A stretch of DNA of 64,000 bases from contig JAMPII010000001.1 in NCBI GenBank assembly GCA_023662835.1, positions 193,435 through 257,434 of the forward strand. Direction: 5' to 3'. The notes under the pieces were generated by a model that had not been told where the DNA came from, did not search any database, and saw nothing but the letters and a program-made list of their open reading frames with translations. The position numbers and the translations under genes were made by a program. Below are positions 55,850 to 64,000 of this stretch, one piece after another (positions within the stretch are counted from its first letter, which is position 1; each line of letters opens with the position of its first letter). Source of the DNA: Muribaculaceae bacterium. Its GTDB lineage: Bacteria; Bacteroidota; Bacteroidia; Bacteroidales; Muribaculaceae.

Positions 55850-57709
55850 ATGAAACTAAAACTTATTTCTGCGGCAGCGATGCTGGCCTTGACTGCAAGT
55901 TCAGCATTTGCCCAAGGTAAATACGATTTACCTAACATGCAATTGGAAAAACTCGGGCGTGGCGTTGTTGCCATTCGCGAAAATCCCGAAAAAGTGGCTA
56001 TCAGTTGGCGCTATCTTACAACCGACCCCGAAAATGAGTCGTTCAATGTTTATCGCAACGGCAAAAAAGTAAACAGTTCTCCTATCAAAAACGCCACTTT
56101 CTTCGTTGACAAAAACGCAGAAAACGCTCAGGCCACATACACCGTCGAAGCTGTGACCGCCAAAGAGAAATCATCTTACACACTTCCAGCCAACGCACCA
56201 CTCGGCTACATAAACATTCCTATCAACCGTCCGAAACTGGGTGTCGACCCATTCGGAAAAGAGTATTTCTATAACGCAAATGATGCTTCCATGGGCGATG
56301 TCGACGGTGACGGCGAATACGAAATAGTTCTTAAATGGGATCCAACCAACTCACGCGACAATTCGCACGATGGATTCACTGGTCCTACTTATCTTGACTG
56401 CTACAAACTCGACGGAACACAATTGTGGCGTATCGATCTAGGCGATAACATCCGTTCTGGCGCACACTACACCCAATTCCTCGTTTACGATTTCGACGGC
56501 GACGGCAAAGCAGAAGTTATCTGTAAAACAGCCGACGGCACAGCCGACAGCCAGGGTCGCGTTATTGGCGACCGCCGTGCCGACCACCGCACAATAAAAG
56601 GTCGCATCCTCAGCGGCAATGAGTACCTGTCGGTATTCAACGGCGCAACAGGTCAAGTTATGGCAACCACATCCTACCAACCCCCGCGTGGCGATGTCAG
56701 CGCTTGGGGCGACGGCTACGCCAATCGAAGCGACCGTTTCCTTGCCGCTGTAGCATACCTCGACGGAAAACATCCAAGCGCAGTTATGTGCCGCGGCTAC
56801 TACACACGCTCAGTGTTGGCCGCATACGATTGGGACGGCAAGGATCTGAAAGTGCGCTGGATTTTCGACACCGATAAACCCGGCTGTGAAAAATTTGCCG
56901 GACAAGGCAACCACAACCTGCGTGTGGCAGATGTTGACGGCGACGGATGCGACGAAATTATATACGGTCAAATGGCTGTTGACAACGACGGCACCGGCCT
57001 TTACTCGACAGGCATGTACCACGGAGATGCAATTCACCTGCTTTCGGACATAAACAATGAAAAATACTACGTATGGGCTTGCCACGAAAACAAAAAAGAT
57101 GGCTCCTCAATGCGCGATGCTGCTACCGGCGAAGTCCTCTTCCAATTCCCATCAAACAAGGACATAGGCCGTTGTATGGCTGCCGATATCGATCCTACCC
57201 ACCCTGGTGTAGAAGTTTGGTCGCCAAACTCCGAAGGTGTTCGCTCATTCACCGGCGAACTCATTTCGCCCGCTATGCCGTTCAAATCGGAAGTATCGTT
57301 CAATGTTCCTGTAAACATGGCCGTTTGGTGGGATGGCGACCTGCTCCGCGAAATGCTCGACAAAAATATTATCTCTAAATATAATTGGAAAACAGGCAAA
57401 TGCGAACCTATGCTCGTAATGGAAGGTTGCATGTGGAATAACGGTACTAAAGCCAATCCCTGCCTTGAAGCCGATATCGTCGGCGACTGGCGCGAGGAAG
57501 TGCTGATGCGCACCGACGACAACTCAGCGTTGCGCCTCTACGTATCGCCTATTCCAACCGAATATCGCTTCCATACGTTCTGCTCTGACCCCGTATATCG
57601 GGTGAGTGTAGCTAACGAGAACATTGCCTACAATCAGCCTGCCGAGCCCGGCTTCTACTTCGGGCCCGATTTGAAAGGCAAAAAATTCCGCGGAACAAAA
57701 ATAAAATAA
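55850..57709 (+). CDS. Rhamnogalacturonan lyase, PL11 (YesW/YesX-like)
   Basis: 619 aa with a signal peptide. It is collinear with the core of the 19184 gene (QLEKLGRGVVAI, DVDGDGEYEIVLKWDP, DFDGDGKAEVICK, DVDGDGCDEIIYG, DIVGDWREEV) and has no T9SS tail. Confidence 0.85.
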   Translation: MKLKLISAAAMLALTASSAFAQGKYDLPNMQLEKLGRGVVAIRENPEKVAISWRYLTTDPENESFNVYRNGKKVNSSPIKNATFFVDKNAENAQATYTVEAVTAKEKSSYTLPANAPLGYINIPINRPKLGVDPFGKEYFYNANDASMGDVDGDGEYEIVLKWDPTNSRDNSHDGFTGPTYLDCYKLDGTQLWRIDLGDNIRSGAHYTQFLVYDFDGDGKAEVICKTADGTADSQGRVIGDRRADHRTIKGRILSGNEYLSVFNGATGQVMATTSYQPPRGDVSAWGDGYANRSDRFLAAVAYLDGKHPSAVMCRGYYTRSVLAAYDWDGKDLKVRWIFDTDKPGCEKFAGQGNHNLRVADVDGDGCDEIIYGQMAVDNDGTGLYSTGMYHGDAIHLLSDINNEKYYVWACHENKKDGSSMRDAATGEVLFQFPSNKDIGRCMAADIDPTHPGVEVWSPNSEGVRSFTGELISPAMPFKSEVSFNVPVNMAVWWDGDLLREMLDKNIISKYNWKTGKCEPMLVMEGCMWNNGTKANPCLEADIVGDWREEVLMRTDDNSALRLYVSPIPTEYRFHTFCSDPVYRVSVANENIAYNQPAEPGFYFGPDLKGKKFRGTKIK

Positions 57710-57726
57710 CTTCCTCATAACCAATC

Positions 57727-60528
57727 ATGCAATTCAAATGTAAGTTTACAGCTATAGCGGCATGTGCCGCTATAGCTATGACAGCTTCGGCACAACATGT
57801 GCCCGCTCCGGTTCAGGACATAAACGGAGTTGTCGACAATACGCCCGACTCAATTGCCAAGGCGCGTACCGCACGTCCGATAGCCGGATCCTCACGCAAA
57901 GGCAACAATCCGGTGCTGTTCCTCGTAGGCAATTCAACAATGCGCACCGGCACTCTAGGCAACGGCGATAATGGACAATGGGGCTGGGGATATTTCATGG
58001 GAGAATATTTCGACCCGAGCAAAATCACTGTCGAGAACCACGCTCTAGGAGGAATGAGTTCGCGCACTTTCTACACACGGCTCTGGAACGACGTAAAAAA
58101 AGGCATACGCCCCGGCGATTGGGTAATTATCGAACTAGGACACAACGATAACGGCCCCTACGACAGTGGACGTGCTCGTGCGTCGATACCCGGCATAGGT
58201 CACGATTCAATCAACGTTACCATTAAGGAAACCGGTGAAAACGAAACCGTTTATTCCTATGGCGAATATTTGCGCCGCTACATCCGTGAAACCCGCGAAA
58301 TGGGAGGTAAACCAATCCTGTTTTCGCTAACTCCCCGCAAGGCATGGGACGATAAAGAGCGCAAACACATAACCCGCGTTTCTAAAACTTTCGGCGGCTG
58401 GGCAAAACAGGTTGCCCAACAAGAAAATGTTCCATTCGTCGATTTAAACGACATCACAGCAACAAAATTCGAGCAATTCGGTCCGGAAAAAGTTGACTAT
58501 ATGTTCTATATAGATCGCATACACACATCTGCTTTTGGCGCGCGCGTCAATGCTGAAAGTGCCGCTGAAGGCATTCGCAAATCCGGACTGCCACTTGCCG
58601 ATTTATTATTGCCCGAACCAGTCGACACTATAACCGGCGCAACTCGACAGCCGGGCAAACCCATGTTATTCACAATTGGTGACTCAACAGTAAAAAATAA
58701 AGATCGCGACGACGACATGTGGGGATGGGGTTCGGTTATCGCCGAACAATTCGACCCCGAAAAGATTGTTGTTGAGAATCATGCCATGGCCGGACGCTCA
58801 GCCCGCACGTTCCTCGACGAAGGCCGATGGGAAAAAGTGTACCGAGCTTTGCAACCGGGCGATTTCGTTATCATGCAGTTCGGCCATAACGATCTGGGCG
58901 ACATAAACGTTGGTAAAGCACGCGGCGAGCTTTGGGGCTATGGACCCGACAGCAAGGTGTTTAAAATGGAGAAAACAGGAATCAATCAGGTGGTTTACTC
59001 CTTCGGCTGGTACCTGCGCAAATTCATTTACGACTGCTATGAAAAAGGTGCCACCCCGATTGTTGTCAGCCACACACCCCGCAACAAATGGAACAACCGA
59101 AAAATTGAGAGCAACGCCGAAGGTCTTGGCGAATGGACACGTCAGGTCGCTCTGCAAACCGGCGCCACTTTTGTCGACCTTAACCGACTTTCCGGTCAGA
59201 TGCTCGAAGAACTTGGGCCCGATAATACCGCTCCATACTTCCGCAACGACCACACCCACACCTCTCATCTGGGGGCTCAGCTCAATGCCTCGAACATAGC
59301 TTTTGCGCTGCGCAATTCCGACTGTAAACTTCAGAACTATCTCAAGCCTATCGAGTCAAAAACCTATAATTTGGCTACAGAAAAATCATATATTGCAATG
59401 AACGGCAGCGGTTTCGACTACAAAACTGTCGAAGCTTACAACACAGGCAAACCATTCATATGGAGCGTACGGGTTCCCAACGGCAACTATAAAGTTACCG
59501 TACGACTGGGCAACAAAAAACATGACGGAAAAACAGTCGTCCGTGCTGAATCGCGCCGAATGCTCTGCGAACCTATCGAAACTAAAAAAGGCAAATTCGT
59601 TGAAAAAACATTCATAATCAACAAACGCGACTCATATATTAATAATAAACAACAAGTATCGCTCAACCCCCGCGAAGTAGGTATTCCACGTTGGGACGAG
59701 AAACTCTCGCTGGAATTCAACGGCGACTACCCCGTTTGCGAGTCAATCACCATTGAACCAGTCAGCGACGTAACCACTGTTTATCTGTTTGGCAACTCAA
59801 CTGTAGTCGATCAGGCTCAGGAACCATATTGCAGTTGGGGCCAAATGATCTCGCCTTTCTTCGACAATGAGATTGTTGTTGCAAACCATGCCGAAAGCGG
59901 ACAAAGCGCAAGCTCATTCATCGGTGACAAACGCATAGACAAAGCTTTATCAACAATGAAACCCGGCGATTATGTTTTTATCGAGTTCGGCCATAACGAC
60001 CAAAAACAGAAAGGACCGGGCAAAGGTGCCTATTTCTCATTCATGACAAATATGAAAACTCTAGTCGACCGCGTTCGTGCCAAAGGTGCTAAACCAGTTT
60101 TGGTTACGCCGACCAGCCGTCGCGCTTTCGACAAGGATGGACGTATAATAAACACCCATGGCGAGCACACCGACGCTGTCCGCTTTCTCGCCAAACATGA
60201 CAGTATTCCTTTGATCGACCTCAACCCGATGACCGCAACATTATATGAGGCATTCGGCGTTGACGACTCAAAAAAAGCTTTCGTACATTACCCCGCTGGA
60301 ACGTTTAAGGGTCAAGATAAAGCATTAGCCGACAATACGCATTTTAATCCGTTTGGTGCATACGAAGTAGCCCGATGCGTTATTGAGGGAATCAAGGCTC
60401 AAGTGCCCGCGCTGGCTGGTCATATCATAGATACCCGCTCGTTCAATCCCACCCAACCCGACACCCCCGAATCGTTCTATTGGCCACTGTCGTTATTCGT
60501 TAACATCGAAAAACCTTTAGGAAATTAG
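57727..60528 (+). CDS. Triple SGNH/CE12 rhamnogalacturonan acetylesterase fusion with an inserted beta-sandwich-like module
   Basis: 933 aa with a signal peptide and three SGNH modules. Each module has block I (LVGNSTM / TIGDSTV / LFGNSTV), block III (GHNDNG / GHNDLG / GHNDQK) and block V DxxH (DRIH / DHTH / DNTH). A ~140-aa non-SGNH module sits between modules 2 and 3. Confidence 0.8.
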   Translation: MQFKCKFTAIAACAAIAMTASAQHVPAPVQDINGVVDNTPDSIAKARTARPIAGSSRKGNNPVLFLVGNSTMRTGTLGNGDNGQWGWGYFMGEYFDPSKITVENHALGGMSSRTFYTRLWNDVKKGIRPGDWVIIELGHNDNGPYDSGRARASIPGIGHDSINVTIKETGENETVYSYGEYLRRYIRETREMGGKPILFSLTPRKAWDDKERKHITRVSKTFGGWAKQVAQQENVPFVDLNDITATKFEQFGPEKVDYMFYIDRIHTSAFGARVNAESAAEGIRKSGLPLADLLLPEPVDTITGATRQPGKPMLFTIGDSTVKNKDRDDDMWGWGSVIAEQFDPEKIVVENHAMAGRSARTFLDEGRWEKVYRALQPGDFVIMQFGHNDLGDINVGKARGELWGYGPDSKVFKMEKTGINQVVYSFGWYLRKFIYDCYEKGATPIVVSHTPRNKWNNRKIESNAEGLGEWTRQVALQTGATFVDLNRLSGQMLEELGPDNTAPYFRNDHTHTSHLGAQLNASNIAFALRNSDCKLQNYLKPIESKTYNLATEKSYIAMNGSGFDYKTVEAYNTGKPFIWSVRVPNGNYKVTVRLGNKKHDGKTVVRAESRRMLCEPIETKKGKFVEKTFIINKRDSYINNKQQVSLNPREVGIPRWDEKLSLEFNGDYPVCESITIEPVSDVTTVYLFGNSTVVDQAQEPYCSWGQMISPFFDNEIVVANHAESGQSASSFIGDKRIDKALSTMKPGDYVFIEFGHNDQKQKGPGKGAYFSFMTNMKTLVDRVRAKGAKPVLVTPTSRRAFDKDGRIINTHGEHTDAVRFLAKHDSIPLIDLNPMTATLYEAFGVDDSKKAFVHYPAGTFKGQDKALADNTHFNPFGAYEVARCVIEGIKAQVPALAGHIIDTRSFNPTQPDTPESFYWPLSLFVNIEKPLGN

Positions 60529-60556
60529 AAATTATTTTTAACCAATCAGAATCACA

Positions 60557-61984
60557 ATGAAATATATATCAATCGCAGCATCCATGGTTGCCGCACTTAC
60601 AACAATAGGATGCACAAACACTGAAAAAGCATCGGAAGCAGAGGTTAACGATTCCACATCTCCGCTCCATTTGCTCCAGCCTGAATACACAATGCCCTAT
60701 GGTCAACTCAAAGCCGACAGCATCCGGGCAACAATCGATCGCGTGTTCAACTACATTGCAGAGGTAACCCCCGCAAAAGTTGTTGATTCATTAGGCAATG
60801 AAATCACCGACCTCACTTCGCCCCTGCCTGAAGGTGCGAAACTAAACCAAGGTACATATCGCCTCACAAGCTATGAATGGGGCGTGATGTACGATGCGTT
60901 GCTGGAGGCCTCGCGCCTGCTTGGCGACTCAAAATATCAGGACTATGTTGTCGATCGCGTTTCATTCCTTTCGCGTATGGCTCCTGCGTTCACAGAATTG
61001 GCTCAACGCACAGGCCAGCCCGACGGTCAGATGCGTCAGGTCACAGCACCTCGCAACCTTGACGATGCCGGTGCCATGTGCGGTGCTTTCATGCGCACCC
61101 AAATGGCCGAACCCACATTAAAATTACAGCCCGAAATTGAACGCTACTGGCAAATTTGCGAAACCGTACCTATCCATCTTTCCGACGGAACAATTGCCCG
61201 CAACCGTCCATATCTTAACTCCGTATGGCTCGACGACATGTTCATGGGTCTACCCACAATGGCTGTCCGTAGCGTATACGAAAAAAATCCTAAACTTCTC
61301 GACCAGGCCACATCAATAGCTGAAGGCTTCATCAAACGCATGTGGGTGCCCGAAAAAGGATTCTTCCGCCATGGCTATGTTGAAGGAGTCGAACCCGAGC
61401 CAACATTTCCTTGGGCAAGGGCTAACGGCTGGGCCATCCTAACAATGTCACAATTGCTCGACTTCATGCCCGAAGATCATCCCAAACGGCAACTCATTCT
61501 CGACACATTTCGCAACCATGCGAAAACACTCGTATCGCTTCAATCTAAAAACGGATTCTGGCACCAACTCCTAGATCGCAACGACACATTCGAAGAATCG
61601 TCGGCCACAGCTATCTTCACCTACTGTCTGGCTCATGGCATCAACCAAGGCTGGCTCGACCCACGGGCTTTTGGTCCGGCAGCACAACTGGGCTGGGAAG
61701 CTTTGACAACGAAAATCACCCCCACCGGCGAAATTGAGGATATCGTTGTTGGAACAGGCATGGGCTTCGACCCCGCATTCTATGCATTCCGACGCGTCAG
61801 CACAAAAGCGGCCCACGGATATGGTCCTGCAATTTGGGCCGGAGCCGAAATGGTTAAACTCATTGAATCCAGCTATCCCTACCTAAACGATAGCGCAATA
61901 CTTTTCTACGACATTGATCCAGAAGCATCCACTCCGATTTTCAGCCTCAACGAAAACCAAAAAGCTGAAAATGTGCTTCACTAA
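60557..61984 (+). CDS. GH105 unsaturated rhamnogalacturonyl hydrolase (YteR/YesR-like)
   Basis: 475 aa with a lipoprotein-type signal (TTIGCTN). GH105 blocks are WLDDMFMGLP, ARANGWA and GFWHQLLD. Confidence 0.8.
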   Translation: MKYISIAASMVAALTTIGCTNTEKASEAEVNDSTSPLHLLQPEYTMPYGQLKADSIRATIDRVFNYIAEVTPAKVVDSLGNEITDLTSPLPEGAKLNQGTYRLTSYEWGVMYDALLEASRLLGDSKYQDYVVDRVSFLSRMAPAFTELAQRTGQPDGQMRQVTAPRNLDDAGAMCGAFMRTQMAEPTLKLQPEIERYWQICETVPIHLSDGTIARNRPYLNSVWLDDMFMGLPTMAVRSVYEKNPKLLDQATSIAEGFIKRMWVPEKGFFRHGYVEGVEPEPTFPWARANGWAILTMSQLLDFMPEDHPKRQLILDTFRNHAKTLVSLQSKNGFWHQLLDRNDTFEESSATAIFTYCLAHGINQGWLDPRAFGPAAQLGWEALTTKITPTGEIEDIVVGTGMGFDPAFYAFRRVSTKAAHGYGPAIWAGAEMVKLIESSYPYLNDSAILFYDIDPEASTPIFSLNENQKAENVLH

Positions 61985-61989
61985 CAGTA

Positions 61990-62025
61990 TTTTTAGAGGC
62001 CGTTGATTTTAACGGCCTCTAAAAA
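61990..62025 (+). terminator. 15-bp perfect hairpin after the GH105 gene
   Basis: TTTTTAGAGGCCGTT-gatttt-AACGGCCTCTAAAAA has symmetric A/T flanks, so it could act in either direction. Confidence 0.55.
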
Positions 62026-62052
62026 CAATTTTGAATAATCGTTTATATTCGA

Positions 62053-62060
62053 TATATTTG
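62053..62060 (+). promoter_or_regulatory. Candidate -7 box (TAnnTTTG) for the DUF4861-kduD-permease unit
   Basis: TATATTTG lies 43 nt upstream of ATG 62104. Confidence 0.4.
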
Positions 62061-62103
62061 TGGTGATTTACCCCTCATATCGCCAAAACGAGTTATTGAA
62101 ACC

Positions 62104-63006
62104 ATGAAAGCTTTAATATCAATAATTTGCTCGGTATGCGTAGCCGTTCCCGCAATGAACGCTCAAACCGATGCGTTTATAAAGATACATGACTCACATG
62201 CGAGACATCCTCGCGTTACCGAAATAACATTTCCAGGCAACACCGTTTTCCCGGCCGACTACGACGCTATATACGGTCATGGCGCAATTATAGAAAATCC
62301 ATGGGTAGCCTATCGTGTTTATATGGATAACCGCCAAAGCCTCGATTTATATGCGAAAACAACACCGCGTTTGGAAGTTGACGAGACTTGTTTCTACACC
62401 ACACCACAACAGTTGGCTTCCGGCTACGGATGCGACGTTCTGTGGGCAGGAAAATCCGTAGCCGCCGGTTCGTTCCGAGGATGGCAAAACAACAACCCGA
62501 CAACAATCGACAGCGTTGCCACGCGCACTCATCGGGTTTTGAATAACCACAGCATTGAAGTACAGGACAAAGACTGGACATACAATGGCCGTAAACTTCA
62601 AATGACTCAGCGCTACAGCATGCTCCCCGATTCGCGCGACCTGTTTGTGGAAATTTCATTAACCGGCTACGAACCGTCCGACCTGTTCTGTACAGGCATA
62701 CAGAAACTAGAAACCGACAACCAAGGTTTCATCGACCCCAAGGGCAATGCCGGTTCATGGGGCAGCAACATTCCCGACAAAGCACACCCCGAGCTCATTG
62801 AGACTGTCGGACTTGGCATAGAGGTTGAGCCAGACAATCTTGTACAAACAATCGAGGATGACGTAAACTACCTTATGATTGTCCGCCCCGACGCCCACGG
62901 CCGAATCCGTTATCGCGTTTCGGCTGCAGCATTACGCCAAACCGATGGCTTCAAATCGGCCGACCAGTGGTTCAACTACCTTAAATCAAATATTAAAAAC
63001 AAATAA
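62104..63006 (+). CDS. Secreted DUF4861-like protein (pectin/KDG locus associated)
   Basis: 300 aa with a signal peptide. Its position next to a KduD-like SDR and its general composition fit DUF4861, but the family call is from memory only. Confidence 0.45.
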   Translation: MKALISIICSVCVAVPAMNAQTDAFIKIHDSHARHPRVTEITFPGNTVFPADYDAIYGHGAIIENPWVAYRVYMDNRQSLDLYAKTTPRLEVDETCFYTTPQQLASGYGCDVLWAGKSVAAGSFRGWQNNNPTTIDSVATRTHRVLNNHSIEVQDKDWTYNGRKLQMTQRYSMLPDSRDLFVEISLTGYEPSDLFCTGIQKLETDNQGFIDPKGNAGSWGSNIPDKAHPELIETVGLGIEVEPDNLVQTIEDDVNYLMIVRPDAHGRIRYRVSAAALRQTDGFKSADQWFNYLKSNIKNK

Positions 63007-63020
63007 TACAATTAAAAACT

Positions 63021-63815
63021 ATGGTAAATTTCTCACTCGAAGGAAAAGTTGCCCTCGTAACAGGCGCAGCTTATGGTATCGGACTCGCTATCGCTCAAGC
63101 ATTTGCTGAAGCTGGTGCAAAAATAGTTTTCAACTGTTCCCGTCAAGAAACCGTTAACCGCGGCTTAGAAGCATACAAAAAGCTCGGAATCGAAGCCAAA
63201 GGTTATCTCTGCGACGTTACAAATGAAGAATCCGTGAAAGCCATGGTGGCCGACATCGAAAAAACCGTTGGCACAATCGATATTCTCGTTAACAACGCCG
63301 GTATCATCAAACGCGTTCCTATGGACGAAATGCCCGCTGAAGAATTCCGCCGTGTTATCGACGTCGACCTTGTAGCACCCTATATCTGCGCTAAAGCCGT
63401 TATACCTGGCATGATCAAGAAAGGTCACGGAAAGATTATCAATATCTGCTCAATGATGAGCGAACTTGGACGTGAAACCGTAAGCGCTTACGCTGCAGCT
63501 AAAGGTGGTTTAAAAATGCTTACAAAAAATATCTGCTCAGAATATGGCGAAGCCAACATCCAGTGTAACGGCATTGGCCCGGGTTATATAGCTACAGAAC
63601 AGACAGCCCCACTGCGCGAACGTCAGGCCGACGGATCGCGTCATCCTTTCGATCAGTTCATCATAGCAAAAACTCCAGCAGGGCGTTGGGGAACACCCGA
63701 AGACCTCATGGGACCAGCCGTATTCCTAGCCTCTGATGCTTCTGATTTCGTAAACGGACACATCCTATACGTTGACGGCGGTATTCTCGCCTACATCGGC
63801 AAACAACCTAAATAA
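63021..63815 (+). CDS. SDR oxidoreductase, KduD / gluconate 5-dehydrogenase-like
   Basis: 264 aa with the Rossmann motif TGAAYGIG, NNAG, and the catalytic S...YAAAK. Confidence 0.8.
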   Translation: MVNFSLEGKVALVTGAAYGIGLAIAQAFAEAGAKIVFNCSRQETVNRGLEAYKKLGIEAKGYLCDVTNEESVKAMVADIEKTVGTIDILVNNAGIIKRVPMDEMPAEEFRRVIDVDLVAPYICAKAVIPGMIKKGHGKIINICSMMSELGRETVSAYAAAKGGLKMLTKNICSEYGEANIQCNGIGPGYIATEQTAPLRERQADGSRHPFDQFIIAKTPAGRWGTPEDLMGPAVFLASDASDFVNGHILYVDGGILAYIGKQPK

Positions 63816-64000
63816 TGGAACAAGTATTTTCTTATATTATCGGACTCGGAGCAGCGGTGATGATGCCTATCATCTTCACCGTGCTCGGTGTTTGTATCGG
63901 CATCAAATTCGGCGATGCTTTAAAATCAGGGCTAAAAGTCGGTGTCGGTTTCATCGGTCTTTCGATTGTAACTGCTCTACTTACTTCAGCTCTTGGCCCG
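63815..64000 (+). CDS. GatC/SgaT-like PTS IIC-type permease, N-terminal fragment (continues beyond window end)
   Basis: ATG 63815 overlaps the SDR stop (TAATG). The frame MEQVFSYIIGLGAAVMMPIIFTVLGVCIGIKFGDALKSGLKVGVGFIGLSIVTALLTSALGP is open to the window end and resembles the E. coli GatC N-terminus. Confidence 0.5.
   Translation, partial: MEQVFSYIIGLGAAVMMPIIFTVLGVCIGIKFGDALKSGLKVGVGFIGLSIVTALLTSALGP

Noticed and set aside
57067-59268. Antisense ORFs of 151 aa (57067..57522) and 156 aa (58798..59268) inside the PL11 and CE12 genes. The same applies to 21482..21874 inside the first PL11.
   Set aside because: The sense frames carry clear family motifs over their full length. The antisense frames have no recognisable features and are expected by chance given this codon bias.
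1-64000. Search by eye for tRNA, rRNA, tmRNA, RNase P or SRP RNA signatures, CRISPR repeats, IS elements, transposases, integrases and phage genes.
   Set aside because: No ORF has transposase, integrase or phage motifs. No regularly spaced direct repeats were seen. The intergenic regions lack cloverleaf-like or conserved RNase P/SRP motifs. A tRNAscan/Infernal run would be needed to be certain.

Overview
This 64-kb chromosomal window reads as a Bacteroidales genome. Supporting signs are the Bat aerotolerance operon, ftsX-DUF3098-uppP-truB-queA synteny, TAnnTTTG -7 promoter boxes before most operons, T9SS C-terminal sorting tails and a pectin/rhamnogalacturonan CAZyme cluster. I can support about 58 protein-coding genes. 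I found no rRNA, tRNA, CRISPR array, transposase or integrase. Layout: (1) 1-6.1 kb, minus strand: MoxR-DUF58-membrane protein-BatA-BatB-BatC-BatD operon. (2) 6.3-13.7 kb, minus strand: HU-like pair, ABC-F ATPase, LuxR-type pseudo-receiver regulator with a degenerate hemerythrin/RIC-like partner, 5-FTHF cyclo-ligase, S41 protease, dCMP deaminase. (3) 14-38 kb, plus strand, mostly housekeeping: acyltransferase, metallophosphoesterase, tex, folK-like, a T9SS-tagged PL11 lyase, ftsX, uppP, truB, queA, acyl-CoA ligase, prfB with its +1 frameshift, argB, exonuclease, yceD-rpmF-fabH, dnaX, topA, pseudouridine synthase. (4) 38-46 kb, mixed/accessory: tandem GDPD paralogues, murI, HdeD-like, CotH-like plus a T9SS-tagged partner, then about 2 kb of gene remnants around a zeta-toxin-like TA pair, ending at dnaK. 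(5) 48-64 kb: a rhamnogalacturonan/pectin utilisation cluster with GH2, RhaM, two orphan secreted proteins, an HTCS-like sensor lacking kinase and receiver, PL11, a triple-CE12 esterase, GH105, DUF4861-like, KduD-like SDR and a GatC-like permease. I do not see a clear new multi-gene system such as a defence island. The most unusual items are: the kinase-less transmembrane AraC sensor; a roughly 300-nt hairpin-rich non-coding stretch with a promoter box and terminator at 51.1-51.4 kb; the remnant/TA patch next to dnaK; the pseudo-receiver LuxR plus degenerate hemerythrin-like pair; the triple CE12 fusion; and an RF2 whose codon-recognition tripeptide reads SPY. All function calls come from motif-level reading of the supplied translations and of the DNA by eye. 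No database search or folding program was run.
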